A stretch of DNA of 64,000 nucleotides. It comes from Antedon mediterranea. Its lineage: Eukaryota > Animalia > Echinodermata. How positions within the stretch are numbered: position 1 is the stretch's first letter; each line of letters begins with the position of its first letter. Positions 41,601-52,336 of the stretch are shown here, piece after piece. A program made the translations under genes and the position numbers. The notes beneath the pieces are model-generated. The model saw nothing but the letters and a program-made list of their open reading frames with translations. It was not told where the DNA came from and did no database searches. The DNA lies in NCBI RefSeq assembly GCF_964355755.1, contig NC_092670.1, positions 15,486,795 to 15,550,794 on the forward strand. Reading direction: 5' to 3'.

Positions 41601-44423
41601 ATGTCACGATTGATTATTATTGATTGATCATTATTTTCTAATTGTTAATAATAAACATGATAAGATTGTCTTTGCTTACCTTTAAATTAAATGTGGTGTT
41701 GTCAGTCGGCATTTCCTTAACCCTAAAGTTTAGAATACTAAAACACCCATCCATATCTATAGTATCTTCATTTGTTGTATTGTGTTTCCCTTTATTCACT
41801 CGAACCTTGATATTAGCTACGAAAATATAATCACAAAATAATATTAATGCCTACATTTTCGTCTTACAAAAATCAATATATCAAACCTAAGCTTTCTTGT
41901 CTCTACAGACTTAACGCAAAGACATAGACGCAACGCAAGCGAGTTGACCAATGCCAAGCGATAGAATAATCCGTCGCCTTTGATTGGTTAAATTACATGG
42001 ACGCAAGGACGTTTCCACAAAAATAATTTGACCAATCATTACACAATGATCATCCGAACTGTCGCTTGTGATTGGTCAACTCACTTTGCGTTGTGCCTAC
42101 GTTGCTCTTCATTGCGGTGTGTGTCCATGGGCCCCAAGCTGCTCGCAGACTCTCGCTTTGACCTCTTGAGCACTGAGCACTAATTAAACATTGCATATTT
42201 AATCAGTATTTTAATTCAACTTGTACTTTTGTATTTCATTATTCTTTTTCTCGATATTATTAAAAGTCAGTGTTATTATTTTAAATAATCACTATTCTAT
42301 ATTATTATTATCATTATTGTAAATTGTAGGCCTAAATAATCATATATCTTATAATTAATATTTTTTTGTAAAAATCACTGTACTGCACGTTATTATGGTT
42401 ATCATTATTATGACTAGAACAAAATGTTATGGCTGATTGAATAAAGTTCATAAGAAATAGGGAGAACTAAGCTACTGGAGCTGTAACCCATCAAGCTACT
42501 GGAGCTGTAACCCATCAAGCCACTGGAGCTACCCATCAAGCTACTGGAGCTGTAACCCATCAAGCCACTGGAGCTACCCATTAAGCTACTGGAGCTGTAA
42601 TTCTTCTAACAAAAGATAGTTGTCTCTTATAAAGTCATTGAAACAAAATAAAGAACAGGGAATAAAAAAAAACGGTTTTTCTTGGAATGACATCTTCCAA
42701 GAAATATGTAATCACAACACATGAAATAATAATTACGGATAAACTCGTGCTTTATTACACCCCGTAAAACCATACATTGCATGCGAATAAACAACGCGTG
42801 TTTTGTCGCTTAAATACGATATCCTAAATCATCTTTCTAACAGATCATTACTCATCAATAACTGTGTACTGTCTTTGTGTATAGTTTTTAACGTTGCCCA
42901 CAAATATGAATAAAACAATATGCACATCCTGAGTAAACCATGGTCCCGGATAAGAATCACTTCCAGTGTTAGGCTAATACACCGTGATTGGGCTTCCTTG
43001 CTTAATAATATTCTGGGTGACTAAAATAAAATTGCGTAATGTTTGGCTCTCTCTTTATGATTTATATCAGATATTATATAGTGCCTAAAACAAACTATTC
43101 CTCAATTTCTGACAGGGCATTTTGCCAGTGAATACACACCATATTATCATGCGTTTATTATTTATTAAATTAAAATATTAAATTAAATTTTATTTCACAC
43201 TCAACACACAGACCATACTAAATAATGTTTAGCGTCATTGCATCCTAGTGTGTCTGTAACTTGTATTTAATTAATCAAAAGATTTTGACCAAATAAATAA
43301 AAGATATCTTATTTTAAAATTCAGTTTATATTTTGCGTATGCCTATTTTCCCTCAAACAAATTCAACATTTCAGTTTTTAAATGAACTGCTTTAAAGGAT
43401 CTACCGCCCATCCACACACTGATGTTACGTCATGATGGACGGGACCTATTCCATGAGATCATGGAACCAAAACGAACAACAAGAACAGATTCCTCTAATG
43501 CCAAAGTTTTAAATCTGAACTTCATAATCGATGGAAACAAATTCAAACTGTTCATGTTTCTGCTGGCGAACCAAATACTGTAATAACCGATTATTAAGTA
43601 AAATAATCGATTATTAATCAATTTCTTAGCAAAAACAGGCCCTTTTAGTAAAAAAAAACCTTGTTTGTTCGTTATCGGACTCACCTGTCCGGCAGCCCCA
43701 GACGTTGTTATGGTGCTTAAGTCTCATGCATGCATTACACATTATTTTATTCTAAATAAAAATTACAAGCTCAAGGACTGTCAACTAATACCATATTAAT
43801 CCCGAATCATCAGATTATTAATTCCAATTGGGTAGAACCTCGACCGTTGTCTAAGAAGAATTTATCAATACAAATGACTTAATTAAAACCATATAGTTTT
43901 TCTACGTTATACTTTTGCATTTTAATAATAATTGGTCCAACTTAACATAAGACCTAGTTCAAGCCGTTATAATGGAACGATTGTTCAGAGAGACGACGAC
44001 CACAACCAATGTCATAAGCATAAGCCCTTAAAACAACTTGTGTTTTTGTTTATCGACTTAAACTATCAACTTAACACGCATCCTATAGTTTTTAATGTTA
44101 TCGTACCAGTACTGTTGCAGACTAAGTGGGTGGAGATCACGACTGAAATTCGCAATGGTAAAAATGTATAGGCCTACTACTAAAGTATAGGGTTTACACA
44201 GGTGAATAGAGGTACTTTTATCGGGAAAAAAGACGTCATAAAAAGGGACATAGAAGGCCTACTTAAGATAGCAAATATAATAATAATATATTAGATTGAA
44301 ATTAATGCAATGGCATCATGCCTCATACTTACTGGCTTTCGTGGTACCTATCATAGCAAATAGGCCTAAGAAGCACAATATAAAATTGAGTCGTATTGAT
44401 AGATGACAAAGACCCATCTTCAT
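35640..44423 (-). CDS. Unrecognised single-pass type I membrane protein, 7 exons, 399 aa (signal peptide, ~125-aa ectodomain, TM, Tyr-motif-rich tail)
   Basis: Exons 44333-44423, 41680-41816, 40213-40332, 39106-39211, 37719-37800, 37173-37210, 35640-36265; every junction GT-AG with matching phases (1,0,0,1,2,1), 1200 nt with no internal stop. Signal MKMGLCHLSIRLNFILCFLGLFAMIGTTKA; TM MFMLILLLGFILALLVSI. Confidence 0.8.
38209..38408. mobile_element. P-superfamily-like MITE
   Basis: CAAGGCAATCTAACAACAAGATGTTGAG versus CTCAGCATCCTGTTTCTAGATTGCCTTG; inner TGGCTGCGAC/GTCGCAGCCA; flanks ATTCAAC/ATTCACC (7 bp, one mismatch); CANRG terminus. Confidence 0.65.
40938..41010 (+). pseudogene. tRNA-Val(AAC)-derived pseudogene
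   Basis: GGCGTAGTGGTTATCACGTTTGC-TTAACAC-GCAGAAGGTACCTGGTTCAAGCCCGGACGAAACC then a T-run; acceptor stem and B-box mutated. Confidence 0.75.
41222..41293 (+). tRNA. tRNA-Val(AAC)-like gene, probably a pseudogene
   Basis: Acceptor GGTTTCG/CGAAACC, anticodon stem TCTGC/GCAGA, loop TTAACAC, B-box GGTTCGAGCC; mismatches in D- and T-stems. Confidence 0.6.
42469..42600. repeat. 21/24-bp tandem repeat
   Basis: AAGCYACTGGAGCT(GTA)ACCCATC, about six units. Confidence 0.9.
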
Positions 44424-45487
44424 TGTAAAGCATTTAAGCACACTGATGTTCTTGTAAGTACAGTACAGTACAGTATTAATTCGTTGAATGCGTGGTCTGG
44501 TAGTAGTTTGATTAAAAAAACAAAAACAAGCAATACGGAAGTGTACGTCAACGATTGTTGTGGTATTAGAGTTCACTCAGAATGACGGAATTAATACCGG
44601 TAGGTCACGTGATATATGAACTTGATCGATCACTTTTAATTAATATTAATCTATAAACAATCGGTCAATTATACCTGATTGTACCCGGCCTTAAATGAAT
44701 GCATGTTTGGCCGTCTGCGTTTAAAAAAGTCATCTTGGAGAAAGAGAGAAGTTTTGACGATATGTATAATATTTAAAATATATATTAACTGATATCAACC
44801 TAAAGCTGTCTACACTATCAAACAAGTTTGACAAAAAAGTGTGATGTGCTCAAATAGGGTAGTGCTATGCCCATATATGGGAACATCACATTTGTCACAT
44901 GTGATAGTGTAGACAGAGCTTAGGCCTCACGCTAGATGACTTTGCACAAGCTTTGTACTTTCAACACAATGTCATTGAAAAATATCGAAACTCTGGATTT
45001 TGATGGAATCAACATGTCTAGCCTAAACTCTTCACGAAACAAAACATTGTTTAGAAATGAATGTCCAGTTCGTTTAAAGCATATCCTATACTGTATTATA
45101 TAACCTACTACCTACCTAATTTAGTCCGGGTTGACTAACGCTATCAAATAAAGACGTGTAAATGAGGGGTTCTTGTTTAGATTATAATTATATAATAATA
45201 TAGGCCTATTTAGTTTTGTTTTTCTTTCTGGGGCTGCAGTGACACACATCATGCACAGTCCATAGCTATAAGCAATGTTTTAATAATCAATCATTTTAAG
45301 ACCATTTGTATGTTTACCTCCTCCAGATGGCATATATCACTTTTCTGTTATTGAATAATAAAGTGTATGGATTACGTAATAGTGGTGGCGCCATACCGTA
45401 TTACAATATCTGACGTGTTCGTTTGGTGTTCGTCCACTTGTTGTATCGCGTATGGTTGTACTGTTTGTCGCGCTATCTATGTCAAAC

Positions 45488-48400
45488 ATGGCTTCTCGGT
45501 GTGGTGTTGGGTGGTTTTTAACATCAATTTTTTCAACCTTTTCTATATTATTTATATTTATTGTTCCATTTGTTCAAACAGGTAAGTCATTGTAAATATG
45601 TAGATATTATTTTATGTAATTTCCTAAGCCTAGGCTTACTTTTAGCTACGTCCAAAGTTCAGGAAAGTGGACGGTTGTTGCACAGCAATTATATTTCCCT
45701 TTCGACACGAACCGGTTTGAGCCAGCCAGTTACCGCCTCATTGACCGGTTAGTTGATAGAGAAGGGCGGCTAGGCCCATTCATTCTCTAGAGCCTAGAAA
45801 TAAAATCTAGGGTTAGGCCTGTTGTATTGCTTATTTTGGTTTTCACTCTGATTTAATTTCACCATAAAATAATAAGAAAATAAGAAGCAATCTGACAGTG
45901 TTTTCTAAAATTTGATTTGAAATAGAAACAATAAAAATGATTTGATATTTTTATTTTATTGCTGAGAAATTATGTTTCTTCGATCAAAAAGTGGCAAAAA
46001 AGTGCCTGCTGTTGTAAAAGTTCACATTTATTATTCCTATTCAAGAGTATGTTTAATCTTATCTTAAGTGTTTATGTAAATACCGTTTAGATTTAATCAG
46101 GGAGTAAACTCCATGGATTTAATACTAAAAAATATAATATTTTGATAAGGACAAACATTTAATATTATAATGTATGATTTCTATTTTTCAGACTCAAGTA
46201 TTACTTATGAATATGTAACCTGTGGCTCCGTTATTAAATTAATGAATACCAGACACAATGTACGACTACACTCACATGATATTAAATATGGTTCTGGTAG
46301 TGGACAGCAGGTAATAATATTCATATTCCCAGTCATTCCTTCCCCACATGTTCTTTGTGTTGAATATATTCAAATTCACCCCATCATCATTAAATGTACT
46401 GTATACAGTACATTGTCACATTTTATATCATGGTTTTGTTGTCAATAAATAATCAGTGTGCAAGAACTCACCTTACAGCATTTTTTTATAGAAATGATTC
46501 CATCCATTCAAATTGAATAAATTTCTTGATTATAAGCTACATATTTGACAAAAAAAGTTTGATATGCCCAAATATGGTAGTGATATGATGTCCATATATT
46601 ATATGGACAGGCACATCACATTTCATCACATAAAGAGTAAACAGAGCTTAAACGTTGGAAGTTAACTATGTAAAATGTTTTAACTTTTCTTTGTAGTCTG
46701 TAACAGCAGTAGAAGCAACTGATGATAAAAATAGTTATTGGCAAGTGAAAGCAAAACAAGGGAAGACATGCACTAGAGGGTGAGTATGCAGCTTGCCTAC
46801 TCTTGTGTTTAAGCACTGTTCACATTCTGGGGTAAAAGTACTGCCCACTCTTGTGTTTAAGCACTCACATCCTGGGGTAAAAGTACTGCTCCATGACATG
46901 TGTGTATATTTAAGTACTGTTCCCTTGGGCATCTGGGTAAAAGCACTGCTGTTCTTGTGTATCTAAGCACTATTTGCCCTTGACTATTTAACACTGCCTT
47001 TCCATGGATAAAGGCCCTGCCATCTGGGTGTTCAGATACTGCCAATCTTAGGCGATAATTTTATTGACTAGCAACTCATGATGTTGGCCCAAGCTTAGCT
47101 TATACATTTTCAAAGATGTGATGGGGTTATACTAGAATCAATCAATCAACAATTATGTTAATAAATAATATGACTGATTTTTTTATTTACAAATTATTAG
47201 CATTGTTTTTAATTTATTCATAGAACTCCAATTAAATGTGGTCAAACAATTCGACTATTACATGCGGACACACGCAGAAATCTACATAGTCACTTGTTTA
47301 AATCGCCACTGTCAGGGAATCAAGAAGTTAGCTGTTTTGGAGAAAATGGAGATGGAGATGACGGTACTTGTTCTATTCTTATTATTAATATAAGACAGTT
47401 GTTGTTTGTTGTTGTTTTTGTTAGTTTCCAAAAATAATACATATAATTTTCTTAATAAATCATTAAATATTTATAAATACAGTAGTATGATTTACATTCT
47501 CTTCTGTTAACACTTTCTGCTGGTGCCGAAATAAGGAGAAATTCTATGATTATATTAAACACTACATTTTAAAGTTGTTCATATGTTGAAATTATCTACT
47601 ACTGCAGTTACTGCAGTAACTACATTTATCTACAGTAATGTTATAGTGCATGTGGTTATAAGGCAGTCACTTCCAGAAACAGTGATTTTACCCCAAAAAT
47701 GTATTATTGATTTTTAAAAAAATTACAGTATTGCTTAAACAGTTTCAAAATAAACAACGTGTAGTTAGGAAAGTAATGACAATGTTGACATGATCCCTAT
47801 TTATTTAGAGTTCTTAGTTCCAAATTATGCCCCCTTCTACACTGTAATAAAACACATTCATAAGGCCTAAGGTTTTAACATGTTTATTGCAGGGCATGTG
47901 GAAAAAATGAGCCCCTTAACTGAACAGGCTACCCAGCATTTTTTAAACATAATTGTTTGTGTACCAGCAACATATCAATGAATGCCATGCAAAGAGGAAA
48001 TAATATCATTATCTATATGATTACCAGCAGTTTATTATCTTTTAGGAGATTTGTGGGCAGTTACATGTTCAGGATCAAATTGGAAAAGAAATGAACAAGT
48101 TCGTTTAAAACATGTTCTGACTGAAAAGTAAGTATTTTTTTCTGAATATTAATATATATATTTATATTATATTTACTGCTGTTCTGACTGAAAATTAAGC
48201 ATTTTTTCTGCATATTACAGTAATATGTACTTATATTTACTGCTGAAAATGGTACCAAAATAACATAATTTTTGTGTAATATTTTATGCAAACCAAGCCT
48301 CTTAGAAATATTCAACCAATATTAAGCTGTCTATTTGAATAGAATATTTGAAACTCTGAATGGATCAGAAACAAAAGAGTTTGGGACACATCTTAGAATT

Positions 48401-48827
48401 TAGGTGATGACCCTATTGTTCCAAGATAGCACATATCAATAACAAAGTCTGAGTAGCACTTGGCTTGGAATCAATCAAACTTCCCCCTCCTCTTCTTCTC
48501 TCTACCCCTGTCCTCCAATCTCTACCATATCAGTAATTCTAGACCTATGGTTTTGGTAATTTTCATATGGCAAATCATCATGATAGTAATAGCTTGGATC
48601 CAACAATATCAACATCATTATGACATTTATTTTTTCCATTATGTTTCTTTGACACAATGTAAATATTGCTTGTACTTTAAAGGTATTTAACAATAACTGG
48701 TGAGGTATACGGTAGACCAATCCACGGCCAACGAGAGGTCAGCGCACAAGGGTCACCGAACTCAAACACGTATTGGAAAGCAATGGAAGGAGTATATATA
48801 AAACCAAATGAAGATGAAAAATTGTGA
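45488..48827 (+). CDS. SDF2: Stromal cell-derived factor 2 / SDF2L1 orthologue (three MIR domains), 6 exons, 220 aa to the first stop; 239 aa if TGA is read through to TAA 48884
   Basis: Exons 45488-45581, 46192-46310, 46697-46779, 47224-47363, 48046-48127, 48683-48827; 663 nt in frame. Signal peptide, VTCGSVIKLMN..VRLHSHDIKYGSGSGQQSVT, CGQTIRLLH..NLHSH..SPLSGNQEVSCFG, YGRPIHGQREV, WKAMEGVYIKP. Confidence 0.95.
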
Positions 48828-49734
48828 AAGACGGCTGGACAAGCAGACCAAGGAGATTCATCATCGAAGCACGATGAGTTGTAACACCATGTCAATTATT
48901 TATACCAATTTTTGCTATTTATGTTTGTAATACAGTTATCTCTCCTAAAATCATCACAAAAACCTAAAACTGGATTGATCAGTTTTTTGTTAAATGACCG
49001 TCTATTGTCGTGGAACAAAAGCTCACTACTTTCTATCATTCTATTAATCACAAATTACAATGTAAATAATAGGCCTGTTATCAAACATAAATTAGTCAAA
49101 ATTGTCATTTTTAATGGTAGCTTGTCCAAAAGTTTAATTTTGTCTATTTTATTTAAATCTTTATTAATATTATTTTTTGTTCTCATTATTAGAGGAACAG
49201 TAATTGTATTATTTATTTTATTCAAATATTATTTTATTATGTAACATTGAATACAAATAGAGTATAATTAAATAAATTACAATACAGTATAAGCATAAAC
49301 TGGGTAAAACGAATCTATATACTGTACTACTATAAAGGCTTAATGCATATAAATCTATAGGTTAACATATGTCATTTTGCCTATTATTTTATTATTTTTA
49401 CACAATAGACTATTGTTTTTACATAAACATGTTCTTTTTAGAATTAGCTAAAGATTACTAAATGTTTGTGTTAAATATTAAAGGATCATCTAAAAAATGT
49501 TGACATGGTCCCTAATTTCTTTTAAATCTCTAAAATATTAAACTGTGGTACTATATTGTAATAATTGTGTTTAATAATTTCTTTTTATATTTTGATATTT
49601 TATCTTATTTTTTAACATTCCTATTGGTATCAAACCTTTAATTGTATAATGCTTTAATGTTTTGTTTACTATGTATCACATAGTTTAGCAAGTATAGAAA
49701 TGCTGTAGTTAGCTGTCCTTAAAGCAGGTACCCA

Positions 49735-49960
49735 TACATCATTACTACCCAAAATACATCATTACTACCCAAAATACATCATTACTACCCAGAATACATC
49801 ATTACTACCCAGAATACATCATTTCACTACACAGAATGCATAATTTCTACCCAGAATACATAATTTTACTACACAGAATACATCAGTTTACTACACAAAA
49901 TACATAATTTCTACCAAGAATACATCATTTTTACCAAGAATACATCATTACTACCCAAAA
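49735..49960. repeat. ~20-bp minisatellite
   Basis: AATACATCATTACTACCCAR units. Confidence 0.9.
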
Positions 49961-51255
49961 TTCTGCAAGTCTGCAAATTATGGGTATCTGATTTTCTAAG
50001 AATTGACAATCTGTTATTTATAGATAGAGTAATAATATTGTGATGTTTAGGTGTTACTTTACTGTCTGGCATATCAGAACGAATTATTATTTTGAGAAAT
50101 CTTTATATTTAACTTGCATTTTTTAATGTTGACTGTTGAAGATTTTATATTTCAATTCATATATTTATGGTATCATTTTCTACTTTGCATAATGTCGTCA
50201 TCTGAGGGGACATTCAAATCAATTGAGAACTTTAATTGTATGGATCAGCAACGAGACTATGTTTTTTTAATGAGTGCTCGATATGATCACGTTTTCTAAT
50301 TTAGGAGAATAATGTATACTACAAACTTTCTGCAATATTTGTCCTCAAGAAACTATTCCGGTCAAAATGCACAAAACTTTCCAATAGATCCACACAATGA
50401 TAAGGTTTAATGATTTTGGATAATTATAGATAATATATTAAATATTTCTTAACTTATGGGCCATTGTTTTTTGTGTTACTCTTGTAAGTTCAGAGCATAG
50501 AGGTAAAATTCAATTTATACCTCCCTGTTCAGAGTACTATGTTGTGTTTGACCACATTTTGTTGGAACGGTGTTCTTTTAAACTTGTCTAAAGAAGTGCC
50601 TAAATAATAACAATGAAATAATAGTACAGTATTAAAATGTTCAAATTCAGTAATTGTTTTATTGCGATTTATTTTTGTGTTTTTGTATAAATTGATATTG
50701 AGGAATATAAAAATACTGTAGTTTCTATTTTACAACGGGACACAATATTATTAATATTAATCAGCAGTCATATTAAAGAAATTGAGGGCGCTCTTTAAAA
50801 CGTGTGGAAAAAAAAGAAAAACAAACAGGAGCAGGGCTAACAACCAACAAACATTGACTTCCTACTCTTTTGCTCCTCCCCACTAGTCCAACTATAGCCT
50901 AAGCCTAGAATTTTAAAAGGTGAGATGAAGTATATATTATTAGATAGTGAATAATAGAAATAATCGCCCGTAGTTTTAAGATAGGCATACGAGCGTCCTA
51001 GGTCTATATCCCTCTCGATTTATGTATTGCTAGGCCTACTTCTACTACTACTAGCCTAGGCTAGTATACAGTAATACTACTACTACTAGGCTAGCCTAGG
51101 GCCTAGGCACAGGCCTAGTTAGGCATAGGCCCTAGCTAGGACTAGGTCTAATAATGTTTCTTTCAAATTAGGCCTCTGCTTCTAGCACGCACTACTACTA
51201 GACTGGCCTAGGAGGCGGTAATGTCAGAAGTTTCCTTTTTTGAGTAGAGAGACTA

Positions 51256-52039
51256 TGTTATGCGCGATTTGAACGATTTGCGCAATTTGAAATTGCGCAA
51301 AAAAAATCCTTGCGCAATTTGAATGGAAACATGTGTTTCAAATTGCGCAAGCAACGTATTAAATTGCGCAAGTAATCTGCAAATTGCGCAAGGTTTTTCG
51401 ACAGATTGTGAAATCATGCACACCCATATTTTTATAGTAATTTCTAAGAATGATTCAAAATTAAAGATAAATATCGCATTTCCTTATTTTAGTAGTGCAA
51501 ATATTGTTATAAGTTAGCATACCGTCGAAGAACCGACGAAGGAAAACGAAGCGGTGGTGTTCCACCAGGCGGGCGCGGCGCGGGCGGCCGGCTATACTAC
51601 TCTAGCCTAGCTAGGGTCTGGACTACTGATACTGACTAGGTTACATATTAAAAACTTAAAAAGTGAGTATTAAACATTATCTTCATTGAAATGGTCTTAT
51701 TTATATAATAAAATACTAAATTTTAAACTCCTCTGCCTAGTAGGCATGGCCTAGCCATGTATGGGAAAATTTACAGTTCGTTTTCAAATTGCGCAAAGGT
51801 GTCATATTGCGCAAGAACTATCTTGCGCAATTTACAAATTGTGCAGCGCAATTTAAAATTGCGCAAAGATTTTCTTGCGCAATTTAAAATTGCGCAAGTT
51901 GATTGCGCAATTTGAAATTGCGCAAAAAAATCCTTGCGCAATTTTAAATTGCGCAAGAATTCTTTGCGCAATTTCAAATTGCGCAAGGATTTTTTTGCGC
52001 AATTTCAAATTGCGCAAATCGTTCAAATCGCGCATAACA
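51256..52039. mobile_element. Ginger-like non-autonomous DNA transposon upstream of the first PGAP3 coding exon
   Basis: TGT...ACA termini, ~67-bp near-perfect TIR (TGTTATGCGCGATTTGAACGATTTGCGCAATTTGAAATTGCGCAA...), 4-bp TSD ACTA at 51252 and 52040, subterminal TTGCGCAA arrays. Confidence 0.8.
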
Positions 52040-52336
52040 ACTACACTGTATGGAGTAGACTGTAGTACTATTATTACTAATCTAAGCTATCCCTATGATG
52101 ACTGGGCCTAGATTTAGAATGTAGGATTTGTTATGTTAGTACATAGCCTCTTCTATATAAGTTTTGATAACTACTTTTTTATTGGTTGACATTTATACTT
52201 TATTTTGTTATACTTTGTGTATTTTATGTAGCAAAAAATAATAAAAGAAGAAGGAAAAAAATATAAGGTAACGCCCACATTGTATTACTTTGCCTTCAAT
52301 GTTTAATCTCCATTCTTTCCAATTGATTACATATAG

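Noticed and set aside
43430-43684. 84-aa minus-strand ORF as an extra exon of the orphan receptor
   Set aside because: The phase-1 reading from the acceptor at 43577 hits a stop, and exon 1 joins exon 2 cleanly without it.
48885-49300. SECIS element that would make the SDF2 UGA a selenocysteine codon
   Set aside because: No convincing AUGA-stem-AA-stem-GA fold found by eye, and the position is in a non-catalytic tail; a SECISearch run would be needed to exclude it.
51771-52111. LRNLKLRK / CAISNCAR repeat ORFs
   Set aside because: Translations of the TTGCGCAA subterminal array of the Ginger-like element.
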